Shown: piece by piece, positions 53,095 to 64,000 of the stretch
How the letters are laid out: each line of letters starts with the position of its first letter
Numbering within the stretch: the stretch's first letter is position 1
The notes under the pieces: model-generated
The model's input: the letters and a program-made list of their open reading frames with translations, nothing else
What the model was told of the DNA's origin: nothing
Database searches by the model: none
Position numbers and translations under genes: made by a program
Assembly: GCA_964016885.1 (NCBI GenBank)
Contig: OZ024762.1
Coordinates: 25,544,001-25,608,000 of the forward strand
Length of the DNA stretch: 64,000 nt
Direction of reading: 5' to 3'
DNA from: Eledone cirrhosa
Taxonomy: Eukaryota

Positions 53095-54660
53095 TTACAT
53101 GCATACATCACACACTACATACACACATCACACACTACATACACACATCACACACTACATTCACACATCACACACTACATGCACACATCACACACTACAT
53201 TCACACATCACACACTACATGTACACATCACACACTACATTCACACATCACACACTACATGCACACATCACACACTACATGCACACATCACACACTACAT
53301 GCACACATCACACACTATATTCACACATCACACACTACATGCACACATCACACACTACATGGACACATCACACACTACATTCACACATCACACACTACAT
53401 GCACACATCACACACTACATGGACACATCACACACTACATGGACACATCGCACACTACATAGACACATCACACACTACATGCACACATCACACACTACAT
53501 AGATAAATCACACACTACATGCACACATCACACACTACATTCACACATTACACACTACATGCACACATCACTCACTACATGTACACATGACACACTATAT
53601 GCATACAGCACGCACTACATTCACACATCACACACTACATTCACACATCACACACTACATTCACACATCACAAACTACATGCAGACATCACACACTACAT
53701 TCACACATCACACACGACATGCACACATCACACACTGCCTTCACACATCACACACTACATTCACACATCACACACTACATGGACAAATCACACACTACAT
53801 GCAGACATCACACACTACATTCACACATCACACACTACATGGACACATCACACACTACATGCACACTACATGGACACATCACACACTACATGGACACATC
53901 ACACACTACATAGACACATCACACACTACATGCACACATCACACACTACATGTACACATCACAAACTATATGCATACATCACACACTACATTCACACATC
54001 ACACACTACATTCACACATCACACACCACATGCACACATCACACTACAGTCACACATCACACACTACATGCACACATCACACACTACATGCACACATCAC
54101 ACACTACATGTACACATCACAAACTATATGCATACATCACACACTACATTCACACATCACACGCTACATTCACACATCAGAAGCTACATACACACATCAC
54201 ACACTACATTCACACATCACACACCACATGCACACATCACACTACAGTCACACATCTCACACTACATGTACACATCACACACTACATGTACACATGACAC
54301 ACTACATGCACACATCACACACTACGTCCACACATCACACACTACATTGACACATCACACACTACATGCACACATCACACACTACATGTACACACCACAT
54401 ACTACATGCAAATATCACACACAACATGTACACATCACACACTATATGCATACATCACACACTACATTTACACATCAGACGCTACAAGTACACATCACAC
54501 ACCACATCACACACTACATTCACACATCACACACTACATTCACACATTACACACTACATTCACACATCACACACTACATTGACAGATCACACACTACATT
54601 GACACATCACACACTACATTCACACATCACACTCTACATGTATACATAACACACTACATT
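53095..54660. repeat. 20-bp minisatellite (CACACTACATGCACACATCA)n, about 1.55 kb
   Basis: Direct reading of the tandem 20-mer. Confidence 0.95.
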
Positions 54661-55041
54661 CATACATTCACTCATTAATGTTTGACTTTCTACAACAAAA
54701 TATGGGCGCTAAATTGTTATATTTTTTCATTTTTCTTCCATTTTTGTCTCATCCTTCTTCTTCGGAATAAGTGTATGCCCATGAAACGACTAAAACATCT
54801 CATTATCACCCACGAGAACATTTTAAATAGAATGAACCAGATATTCCTAAGAGATTTCTTTCAATTTAACCGAAATCTCGTTATCTCTTCAATCGCAGAC
54901 GAGAGTAATGCGACAGCTAAGTAAATCAATATTAAGCGATTCCCTTTGAAAATAAAAATACACACACAAGTAAAAAAAATGTGATGATGAATATATGTAT
55001 ATATATGTGTGTGTATATATATATATGTGTGTATGTATAAA

Positions 55042-55104
<63 letters not shown>

Positions 55105-55113
55105 ATGTATAAA

Positions 55114-55160
<47 letters not shown>

Positions 55161-55169
55161 ATGTATAAA

Positions 55170-55222
<53 letters not shown>

Positions 55223-56602
55223 GTGTGTGTGTGTGAATATATATATACATATACGTGTGCGTTTGTTTGTATTTAAGTGTATGTATGTTTGAGTCCGTGT
55301 ATGTTTATGTATGTGTGTGTGTATGTATATGTGTATCTATGTATGTAAGTGTGTACATATGTATATATGTGAGTGTGTGTGTGTAACAGTATGTGTATGC
55401 CTTTAAGTGTATGTATGTTTCAGTCTGTGTATGTATATATGTATATGTGTGTGTATGTATATGTGCACGTATGTAAGTGTGTGTATATATGTATATATGT
55501 GAGTATGTATGTGTGTGTGTAACTATGTGTGTGTGTCTAACTGTATGTATATGTGTGCGTATGTGTATGTATGTTTGAGACCGTCTATCTATATATGTAT
55601 ATATGTGTGTATGTGCATATGTGAGTGTGTATGTATATTTATGTATATATATATATGTGTGTACAAACGTGTATGTAAGTGTATGTACTTATGTACAGCG
55701 TGAGTGTGTGTGTATGTATTTAAGTGTAAGTATGTTTGAGTCTGTGTATTCATATATGTACATGTGTGTGTGTATGCATATAAGAATATATATGTAAGTG
55801 TATGTATATATGTGAGTAAGTGTGTGTATGTATTTCAGTATGTAAGTATGGGTGAGTGCGTTTATGTATATATGTAAGAGTGTATGTAAAGTGTATGTAA
55901 ATATGTATGTCTGCATGTCTAGGTAAGTGTATTTATATATGAATATATATTCATGTGTAAGTGTATGTCTAATTCTGTGTGTGCATGTGTATGTAAGTGT
56001 ATGTATATGTGTGTGTGTATGTAAGAGCATGTATATATGTATACGTGCGAGTATGTTTGTGTATCTATGTGTATGATTTGAACTCGATGTATGTATGTAT
56101 GAGTGGGTGTATGTTGTGTATGTAATATGTATATATGTGTGTGAGTGTATCAGAATATATGTATGCACGTATGTATGTGATATAAGTATACATGTACGTA
56201 TGTAAGCATATGCCTATGTGTATGTGTGTATGTATATATGTATATGTAATTATGTATGCGTGTATGTATAAGTGTCTATGTGCGTGTATTTATATATTAT
56301 ACGTGTATATACATATATACATATACATATACAAATATATACATATATATATACATAAATATATACACACATATATATATACACATATACATATAAATAT
56401 ACATATATATATACCTATATATATATACATATATATATATACATATGAATGTATATATACACATATACTTATATATATATATATATATGTATATATCCAT
56501 ATATATATATATACATACACATACACATATACATATATATACATATATATATACACATACATATATATATATATACACATACATATATATACATATATAT
56601 TT

Positions 56603-56634
<32 letters not shown>

Positions 56635-56915
56635 ACATACATATATATATATATGTATACACACACACACACACATTAAGCCCCTGACAAGAGTACATTA
56701 CTTTCATATAAAAGAGGGAGAGTGCACAATGTTAGTTTTATCGCGTGTCTTACTTTGCTATGTCAATTAAATTCAACATGGCCTCCCAAGGTTTTACTAA
56801 CAGAGACCCTTCCGACTGATGAAAATAAAATTTGGAAATCTACAACATAAATATATACTCATAAACAGTAACATTAATATCCACCTATTCTATCTCTCTA
56901 GCTACTTCCGTTCAT

Positions 56916-57029
<114 letters not shown>

Positions 57030-57286
57030 CACCCAACACGTCTAAATATATATATATATACACACACACATATACAAACACGTCTAAATATATATATATA
57101 TATATACACACACACGGCTAAATATATATAGCCAAACATTAATATGGTTCGTTGATTAATCAACGAATACAATTTTACAATAGATAAGAACCACTCGACA
57201 AGAGATTTTCCTGGAGTATTTAATATTATTCAAAATATAAGATTTGGTATGTGACATACCGCTACGGTTTTGATTATTCAATTCCA

Positions 57287-57351
57287 ATATTTTGTCTGAT
57301 GAAAATGTACTTCAACACCATTGTACCTTTGAAATATGTATAATAAAATAT
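57287..57351 (+). ncRNA. Minimal type I hammerhead ribozyme
   Basis: ATATTTTGT-CTGATGA-AAATGTAC(TTCAACACCATT)GTACCTTT-GAAA-TATGTA-TA-ATAAAATAT. Confidence 0.82.
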
Positions 57352-57928
57352 ATATGTTGATTATGAGAATATGTTTCATTTATTAACATTCGGAATAATA
57401 TAAGTATATATATATATATGAGTGCTTATTCGATTTGTGGTATCTATGCAATTTTTTGTATAATATACACATACTGAATTCATTTGCCAAAATCTGGGGG
57501 TTTTCCCCTTGTGAGTTACACATGTGCTTTTACAAAGTTTTACGTCATTCACAAAGTTGGTACAGAGCAAAATTACCTGTTGATAACGTGATATTCCTTG
57601 TTCGATCATTATGCTAAAAGCTTATAGTTTTAAGCAGACAGTATTATTGATTTGGGTGTCATAGAAACCCTGCATTTGGATTTTACCATGAATTCCATTT
57701 GGGTCAAGGTCGGTTTTTATCATTTATTTTGTTTGACCTGTTTAGCTTGATTTGTTTTTTGGCTTAGGTGGTTAATGCCTTCTTGACCACTTTTTCGGTT
57801 TGTATGGCGTTTTAACATATTGTTTAGCTCTAGTTTTCTCAACTATTGGAGCGCTTGCCAGCATGTCTACGATTTTGCGTTTCGTTTCGCTTTTTCTACC
57901 AGCCGAAATACGATTCTCGCTGAATTTA

Positions 57929-58014
<86 letters not shown>

Positions 58015-58719
58015 TTAATTAAATTAAATTAAGGGAGTCATGTCCGAGACATGCGCCATATCCACCGTAGAATAAGCTCATAGATTCCAATGAATAGATC
58101 CTAGCATTTTATATCAACTAGAAATTGATTGACATATATATATATTTAAAATAAACACATGAAACAATCACGGGGGATAATTTGTAAAGCGTGTAATCAC
58201 ACATAGCTAGGTAGGTAACTAATTAACGTTTAACTAGAGCTTCAAATATTACCTTTTAAAAAAATGATTAATCTTCCTTGTATATATTTCATCAAAGAAA
58301 TATATTTCACCATTAATCCGTAGTCTTTAATCAGTAGTCAAATACCGGATCTTCAGCAAAGGAAAAGATTTAACTATCTGTGTTTACACATCAAATGCAA
58401 ATCTGTGAGTGACCCATCGCACGTGTTGCAATTCTAAAACTACTAACAACATGCTAGCGTCATCCCAATGGCGGGAATAGGGTGATCGATAGCTATAAAT
58501 AGCAGCCGAGTCTTTTCAACTGTGTTAGCTCTACAATTAAGCAGCCGTGTATATATCCAAAATTAATTAAATTAAATTAAGTTAGTACAAGACTCCACCG
58601 GGACAGGACGCCAGTCCACTGTGATTGTTTCATGTGTTTATTTTAAATATATATATATGTCAATCAATTTCTAGTTGATATATATATATATACACACACA
58701 CACGGCTAAATATATATAA

Positions 58720-58763
<44 letters not shown>

Positions 58764-58806
58764 TTATATATATTTAGCCGTGTGTGGGTGTATATATATA
58801 TATATC

Positions 58807-58876
<70 letters not shown>

Positions 58877-59189
58877 CTAAATGTGTGTGTGTGTGTGAAA
58901 AACAATTTTGGCTCTGATCGAGACGAAATAAAGAGTGTATTTGAATACATATAAAAATGAGAAAACTCATTGCACGTACAGCCCTTAAAAAAGCTAAATG
59001 CTATCAAAGAGTCAATGATGGGTAAAAATGTCTTATCCCTGCGAAACCAATTTGTTGGTTTGAGAGTTGATGAGTGTTCATATTTGTTTTATAAACTTGC
59101 CTTGTACATCGCCTTTCTTTATATCCATTTTTCTACTCACTTCTATACGCAAACAAACATTTCCTTGACCTCCTCCTCTTTCAATTTTT

Positions 59190-60137
59190 TCTATATTTCA
59201 TCTGCCTGTCACCCACCTTGTGGATTGTCTCTCTGTTGACCACTGGTCACTGGTCTCTGTCCTCTGAGACATTATATTTCATCTACCTGTCACCCATCTT
59301 GTGGATTGTCTCTCTGTTGACCACTGGTCACTGGACTCTGCCCTCAGAGACATTATATTTCATCTACCTGTCACCCACCTTGTGAATTGTCTCTCTGTTG
59401 ACCACTGGCCACTGGTCTCTGTCCTCTGAGACATTATATTTCATCTACCAGTCACCCACCTTGTGGATTGACTCTCTGTTGACCACTGGTCACTGGTCTC
59501 TGTCCTCTGAGACATTATATTTCATCTACCAGTCACCCACCTTGTGGATTGACTCTCTGTTGACCACTGGTCACTGGTCTCTGAGACATATTTCATCTAC
59601 ATGCCACCCACCTTGTGGATTGTCTCTCTGTTGACCCTGGCCATTGGTCTCTGTCTTCTGAGACATTATATATCATCTACCAGTCACCCACCTTGTGGAT
59701 TGACTCTCTGTTGACCACTGGTCACTGGTCTCTGAGACATATTTCATCTACATGTCACCCACCTTGTGGATTGTCTCTCTGTTGACCCTGGCCACTGGTC
59801 TCTGTCTTCTGAGACATTATATATCATCTACCTGTCACCCACCTTGTGGATTGTCTCTCTGTTGACCCTGGCCATTGGTCTCTGTCCTCTGAGACATTAT
59901 ATTTCATCTACCTGTCATCCACCTTGTGGATTGTCTCTCTGTTGACCACTGGTCACTGGGGTCTCTGTCCTCTGAGACATTATATTTCATCTACCTGTCA
60001 TCCACCTTGTGGATTGTCTCTCTGTTGATCCTGGCCACTGGTCTCTGTCCTCTGAGACATTATATATCATCTACCTGTCACCCACCTTGTGGATTATCTC
60101 TCTGTTGACCACTGGCCACTGGTCTCTGTCTTCTGAG
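59190..60137. repeat. ~68-80-bp satellite array (about 12 copies)
   Basis: Unit ATATTTCATCTACCTGTCACCCACCTTGTGGATTGTCTCTCTGTTGACCACTGGTCACTGGTCTCTGTCCTCTGAGACATT. Confidence 0.95.
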
Positions 60138-60289
60138 GTATTTTTACCCATCGCTATCTTTGACAGCAATTACCTGTTTTAACGCGTCTTCTAGAGATGA
60201 GGTTTCTCATTTTGATATGTATATGTCTTAAGGCATTTAAATCTAGTTGGGTCGGTGATTATCCAGTGTTTATGGCATGAAGCGACCGA

Positions 60290-60434
60290 GAGTACAAGAC
60301 TCCACCTGGACAGGACGCCAGTCCATCGCAGGTATTGATTTTAAGCTGAGTATACTAGAGCAACCCAGTCCAGGAATCGAACGTACGACATTATGAGCGT
60401 AGGTTAAACACACTTACCACTAGACCACGTGCCT

Positions 60435-60436
<2 letters not shown>
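60290..60436 (-). mobile_element. tRNA-derived SINE head fragment (family C)
   Basis: Minus strand: GGAGGCACGTGGTCTAGTGG (A box) ... GTTCGATTCC (B box). AGTACAAGACTCCACC.GGACAGGACGCCAGTCCA also occurs at 58584. Confidence 0.6.
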
Positions 60437-60504
<68 letters not shown>

Positions 60505-60511
60505 TATACAC

Positions 60512-60717
60512 ACATGAAATCATATCCGCTCTCTTGCTCTGGAACCCTGACTCCAGCCTGACTAGGATTAGGAAGCTGTCATTCCCTGACGTTATCACTA
60601 GGGATACGGGAATCAGTAGACAGGACCTGGGGGCGGCGATAGGGGACAGGGAATTCTGGGGCATGAGAGTGAGATCCATCATCTCGACAGTAGTCGACGA
60701 ATGAAGATGAGGATGAT
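60512..60717 (+). pseudogene. RTE-clade LINE 3' terminal fragment
   Basis: LLLWNP...[11 protein letters not shown]...DREFW resembles the RTE C-terminus at 34661-34906; (GAT/GAG)n tail. Confidence 0.65.
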
Positions 60718-60777
60718 ATATATATATTATACACACACACACACATATATATATATATATTAAAAAACACACACACG

Positions 60778-60809
<32 letters not shown>

Positions 60810-60845
60810 TAACACATTCACACAAATGTATATATATATATACAC

Positions 60846-60958
<113 letters not shown>

Positions 60959-61072
60959 GAATTAAACAAAGAATGAGTTTTACAGTAGATTGGAAGCCAT
61001 GTACAGAAAGAAAAATTTTCCAGAGTTATATATATTAAAATACAATTATTAATAAAATAGATGTTCAATAAA

Positions 61073-61127
61073 ATTTTATTATACATATTTCAGAGGTACA
61101 ACTGTACGTCCTCATCAGACAAAATAT
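61073..61127 (-). ncRNA. Minimal type I hammerhead ribozyme (GGACGTAC subfamily)
   Basis: Minus strand reads ATATTTTGT-CTGATGA-GGACGTAC(AGTT)GTACCTCT-GAAA-TATGTA-TA-ATAAAAT; flanks homologous to 47240-47390. Confidence 0.85.
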
Positions 61128-61786
61128 AATGATACATGACATACCCTGAGATGTTAAATGGTTAAGATTTAATTAAGGTAGTGATTAACCTAAGAGAAAA
61201 CTCAACATTTATACCCTAATAATGAAAAAATGCGAAAACGTAATAAATTCAATAGAGGATGTGTGAGTATGAAAAACGTTGCTTAATGTGACAGCTATAG
61301 AGAATTTAAAATGTGGGATACTACAAGTTATGGTTATCTAGGAAAACGTCTCTTGAATTATAACTGTTTATGAAGGCCACTGATAGAAGTTTTAAAGAGA
61401 GGGAGAGATAAAGAGGAGTAATATATGCAGAAAAAAATGTTTTCCTTAAAGGCTAAACGGTTAAGTTTCAAATTATTTCATTTATGTTATTTTAAGGGTG
61501 AAGAAGCAAAATTTTTAGTTTTTTAAAAAGTCGATGGTTTATAAATTCTATAAATGTGTTAACATTTCTAAAATTCTGAATTTTATGAGGACAAAATTTA
61601 AAGGAATTTACCTGGCCAGCGAAAGGAAAATTTTCACTGCTGAATATTTTCATAAATGTAATCTTTAGTGAAAATTACCTATAAGAATGCCAACATTTTC
61701 GGTATGTAAAGTTTATGAAGTACTTATTGTTAGAAATATCTAAAAATTAATTGTCAATTAGTTAGTGTAATGATTAACGCAGAGAA

Positions 61787-61862
<76 letters not shown>

Positions 61863-62229
61863 GAATTATGGTAATAAATTAATATTTGTTATATTATATT
61901 AAATCTCTATATAAGTTCTACCTTCATGATAGGAATAATAAATATGCTTTTGAACAAATATCTATATTTGCACAAACTATATATTTGTACAAATTATATA
62001 TAGCGTTAAAGCAGAACGGTAATTATGTTATTATACACTATAGATATATAATTAAAAAAATAATAAAAAAAGCTAAGATATACGTAACTAATAATATATT
62101 ATGTTATTATACAGATACACTTATTTGCAAAAAATTGCTAAGTTGCCCAAAACATTGCTAAATTAAACACTAAAATTCTAAAACAAAACCAGCATAATGA
62201 TCTTAATAATAGCGTTAACATAAATGATA

Positions 62230-62660
62230 CTAAACCAAAATGTAATTCTAGAAATAAAACTGACTGCCCTCTGCAAAATAATTGTCTAGATAGTAATTTG
62301 GTTTATAAATGCACCGTAAAAACTGATCACAACACATACAACTACATAGGATCGACTTCTTCTACATTTAAAGCCAGATTTGCGAAGTATAAATGCTCAT
62401 TTTCGAACTCCAAGAGAAAATCATCCACTTCTTTATCACAGCTAATATGGTCATTAAAAGAGAGGAATTTAAAATACTCCATTCTTTGGACGAAACTTCG
62501 GAATTGTGGAGTTTACCGCAACTCAAGTATATCAAGTAATTGCGCGCTCGGTACAATGGAGAGCCTGTTGATTATTAATAACTATGAGACCCTAATTAGC
62601 AAAAAAGTGAATTATTCTCTAATTGCCTTCATAAAGCTATGTCTACATTCCTAGCCTCCC
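62230..62660 (+). pseudogene. Hydra-type PLE GIY-YIG endonuclease fragment
   Basis: KCNSRNKTDCPLQNNC..LVYKCTV..YIGSTSSTFKARF..SLSQLIWSLK..YSILW..CAL..E. Confidence 0.8.
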
Positions 62661-62914
62661 ATAAGACCAGAAAAAAAAACACTAAGCCATTAAACTTGGT
62701 TTTTAGACGTAAATAATCAACAGGTGAAAACCTTAATGGCCTTTAATATTGCTTTATCTTATAACTATCTATAGAGGAAATAACGCTCGAATGAATGACA
62801 CTTGTTCAATAACACGCTGACACGTTGATATACACAACATAATACTATTAACTTTGATCCATACCATTATTTCTCTATCTTTATTTTCCTATCTAAGTTT
62901 TAATTTTAGTTTAA

Positions 62915-63540
62915 ATATTCAACCTGTAAATTTTTACGGAACTTATTTTTAACTGTGAATCATTCATGTGTTTACACTTTTTTATTTATAATATGTATGT
63001 ATTTAACTTTAGCACGTTGAAATCTATTATATAAGATTATAATCGTTATCATTTATCAAAAGTATACTGTATCACTAATACTTAGTATATCTCTCTATAC
63101 CTAATTTTGTAAGTTTTTAAATATACCTACCTTTATATTTAAATATAGTGCAAATATCCAACCTGTATATTTTTACGGACCTTATTTTGAACTGTGAATC
63201 ACCCATGCGTTTACATTTTTTTTAAATATAGGTATGTATTTAACTTTAGCACGTTGAAATCTATTATATAAGATTATAACCGTTATCATTTACCAAAAGT
63301 ATACTGTATCACTAATACTTAGTATATCTCTCTATACCTAATTTTTAGATAATTTTAAAATTTTTAGATTATTTATTTTGAACTGTGAATACTTCATTTC
63401 TTTACACTCTTTTATATATATATGTATGTATTTAACTTTAGCATGTTTGAATCTATTATTTTATATTCTTTATCATTTACCTAAAGTATACTGGCTCATT
63501 AATATTTAGTATATCTCTCTATACCTAATTTTTATTTTTG
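62915..63540. repeat. Three ~200-240-bp AT-rich tandem repeats
   Basis: AACTGTGAAT...TTTAACTTTAGCA.GTT...TAGTATATCTCTCTATACCTAATTTT occurs three times. Confidence 0.85.
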
Positions 63541-63803
63541 CAAATAAGGGTATCTGTATAATAACATGATCATAGTATTAGTTACGTATATCTCAGCTTT
63601 TGTGTTTTTTTTTGCATATATATCTATAATGTATAATAACATAATTACCGTTTCGTTTAACGCTATATATAGTTCTTACCGATATATAGTTTGTGCAAAT
63701 ATAGATATTTGTACAATAGCATATTTATTATAGCTATCATGAAGGTAGAACTTATATAGAGATTTAATATAATGTAACAAATATTAATTTATTACCATAA
63801 TTC

Positions 63804-63885
<82 letters not shown>

Positions 63886-64000
63886 TGGCTGAAAACTGCG
63901 TTAATCATTACGCTAACTACTTGACAATTAATCTTTAGATATTTCTAAAAATAAGTACTTTATATGCTTTACATACCGAAAATGTTGACATTCTTATAGG

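Larger units (their letters stand above)
61678..64000. repeat. Long inverted repeat (arms about 61678-62050 and 63618-64000, running off the window)
   Basis: CCTATAAGAATG.CAACATTTTCGGTATG... and GGAATTATGGTAATAAATT... are both mirrored, including the internal (TA)n/(TG)n tract. Confidence 0.85.

Noticed and set aside
59190-60137. CRISPR-like regular repeats (also 14185-14582 and 53095-54660)
   Set aside because: No unique spacers and no cas genes, in a eukaryotic context; these are tandem satellites.

Overview
Eukaryotic (animal) repeat-dominated, intergenic or intronic DNA. The SINE families and microsatellite load look mollusc/cephalopod-like, which is an inference. I find no supportable host protein-coding gene; almost all ORF-track entries are translations of (TA)n, (CA)n, (GA)n, (TTG)n or (GGT)n repeats. 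Real coding content is retrotransposon-derived. It comprises a 5'-truncated Tx1/L1-type LINE (10975-13652, -), a 5'-truncated CR1-group LINE with an uninterrupted RT ORF (19521-21610, +), an RTE copy with a 5' inversion (33796-34915), other RTE/Tx1 fragments, and four Penelope-like element (PLE) remnants (three Hydra-type with a CxCx5C linker or its remnant, one Naiad-type with CCHH GIY-YIG). There are also many tRNA-derived SINEs, Helitron-like ends and minisatellites. The most striking signal is a dense set of type I hammerhead ribozymes (HHRs): 11 with an intact CUGANGA/GAAA/UH core that I could fold by eye, plus several degenerate ones. Most lie in non-coding, (TA)n-flanked units arranged as direct repeats, inverted repeats or fold-backs, resembling non-autonomous PLE/retrozyme-like elements. 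The same SINE has inserted twice at the identical position 12 nt upstream of an HHR core.
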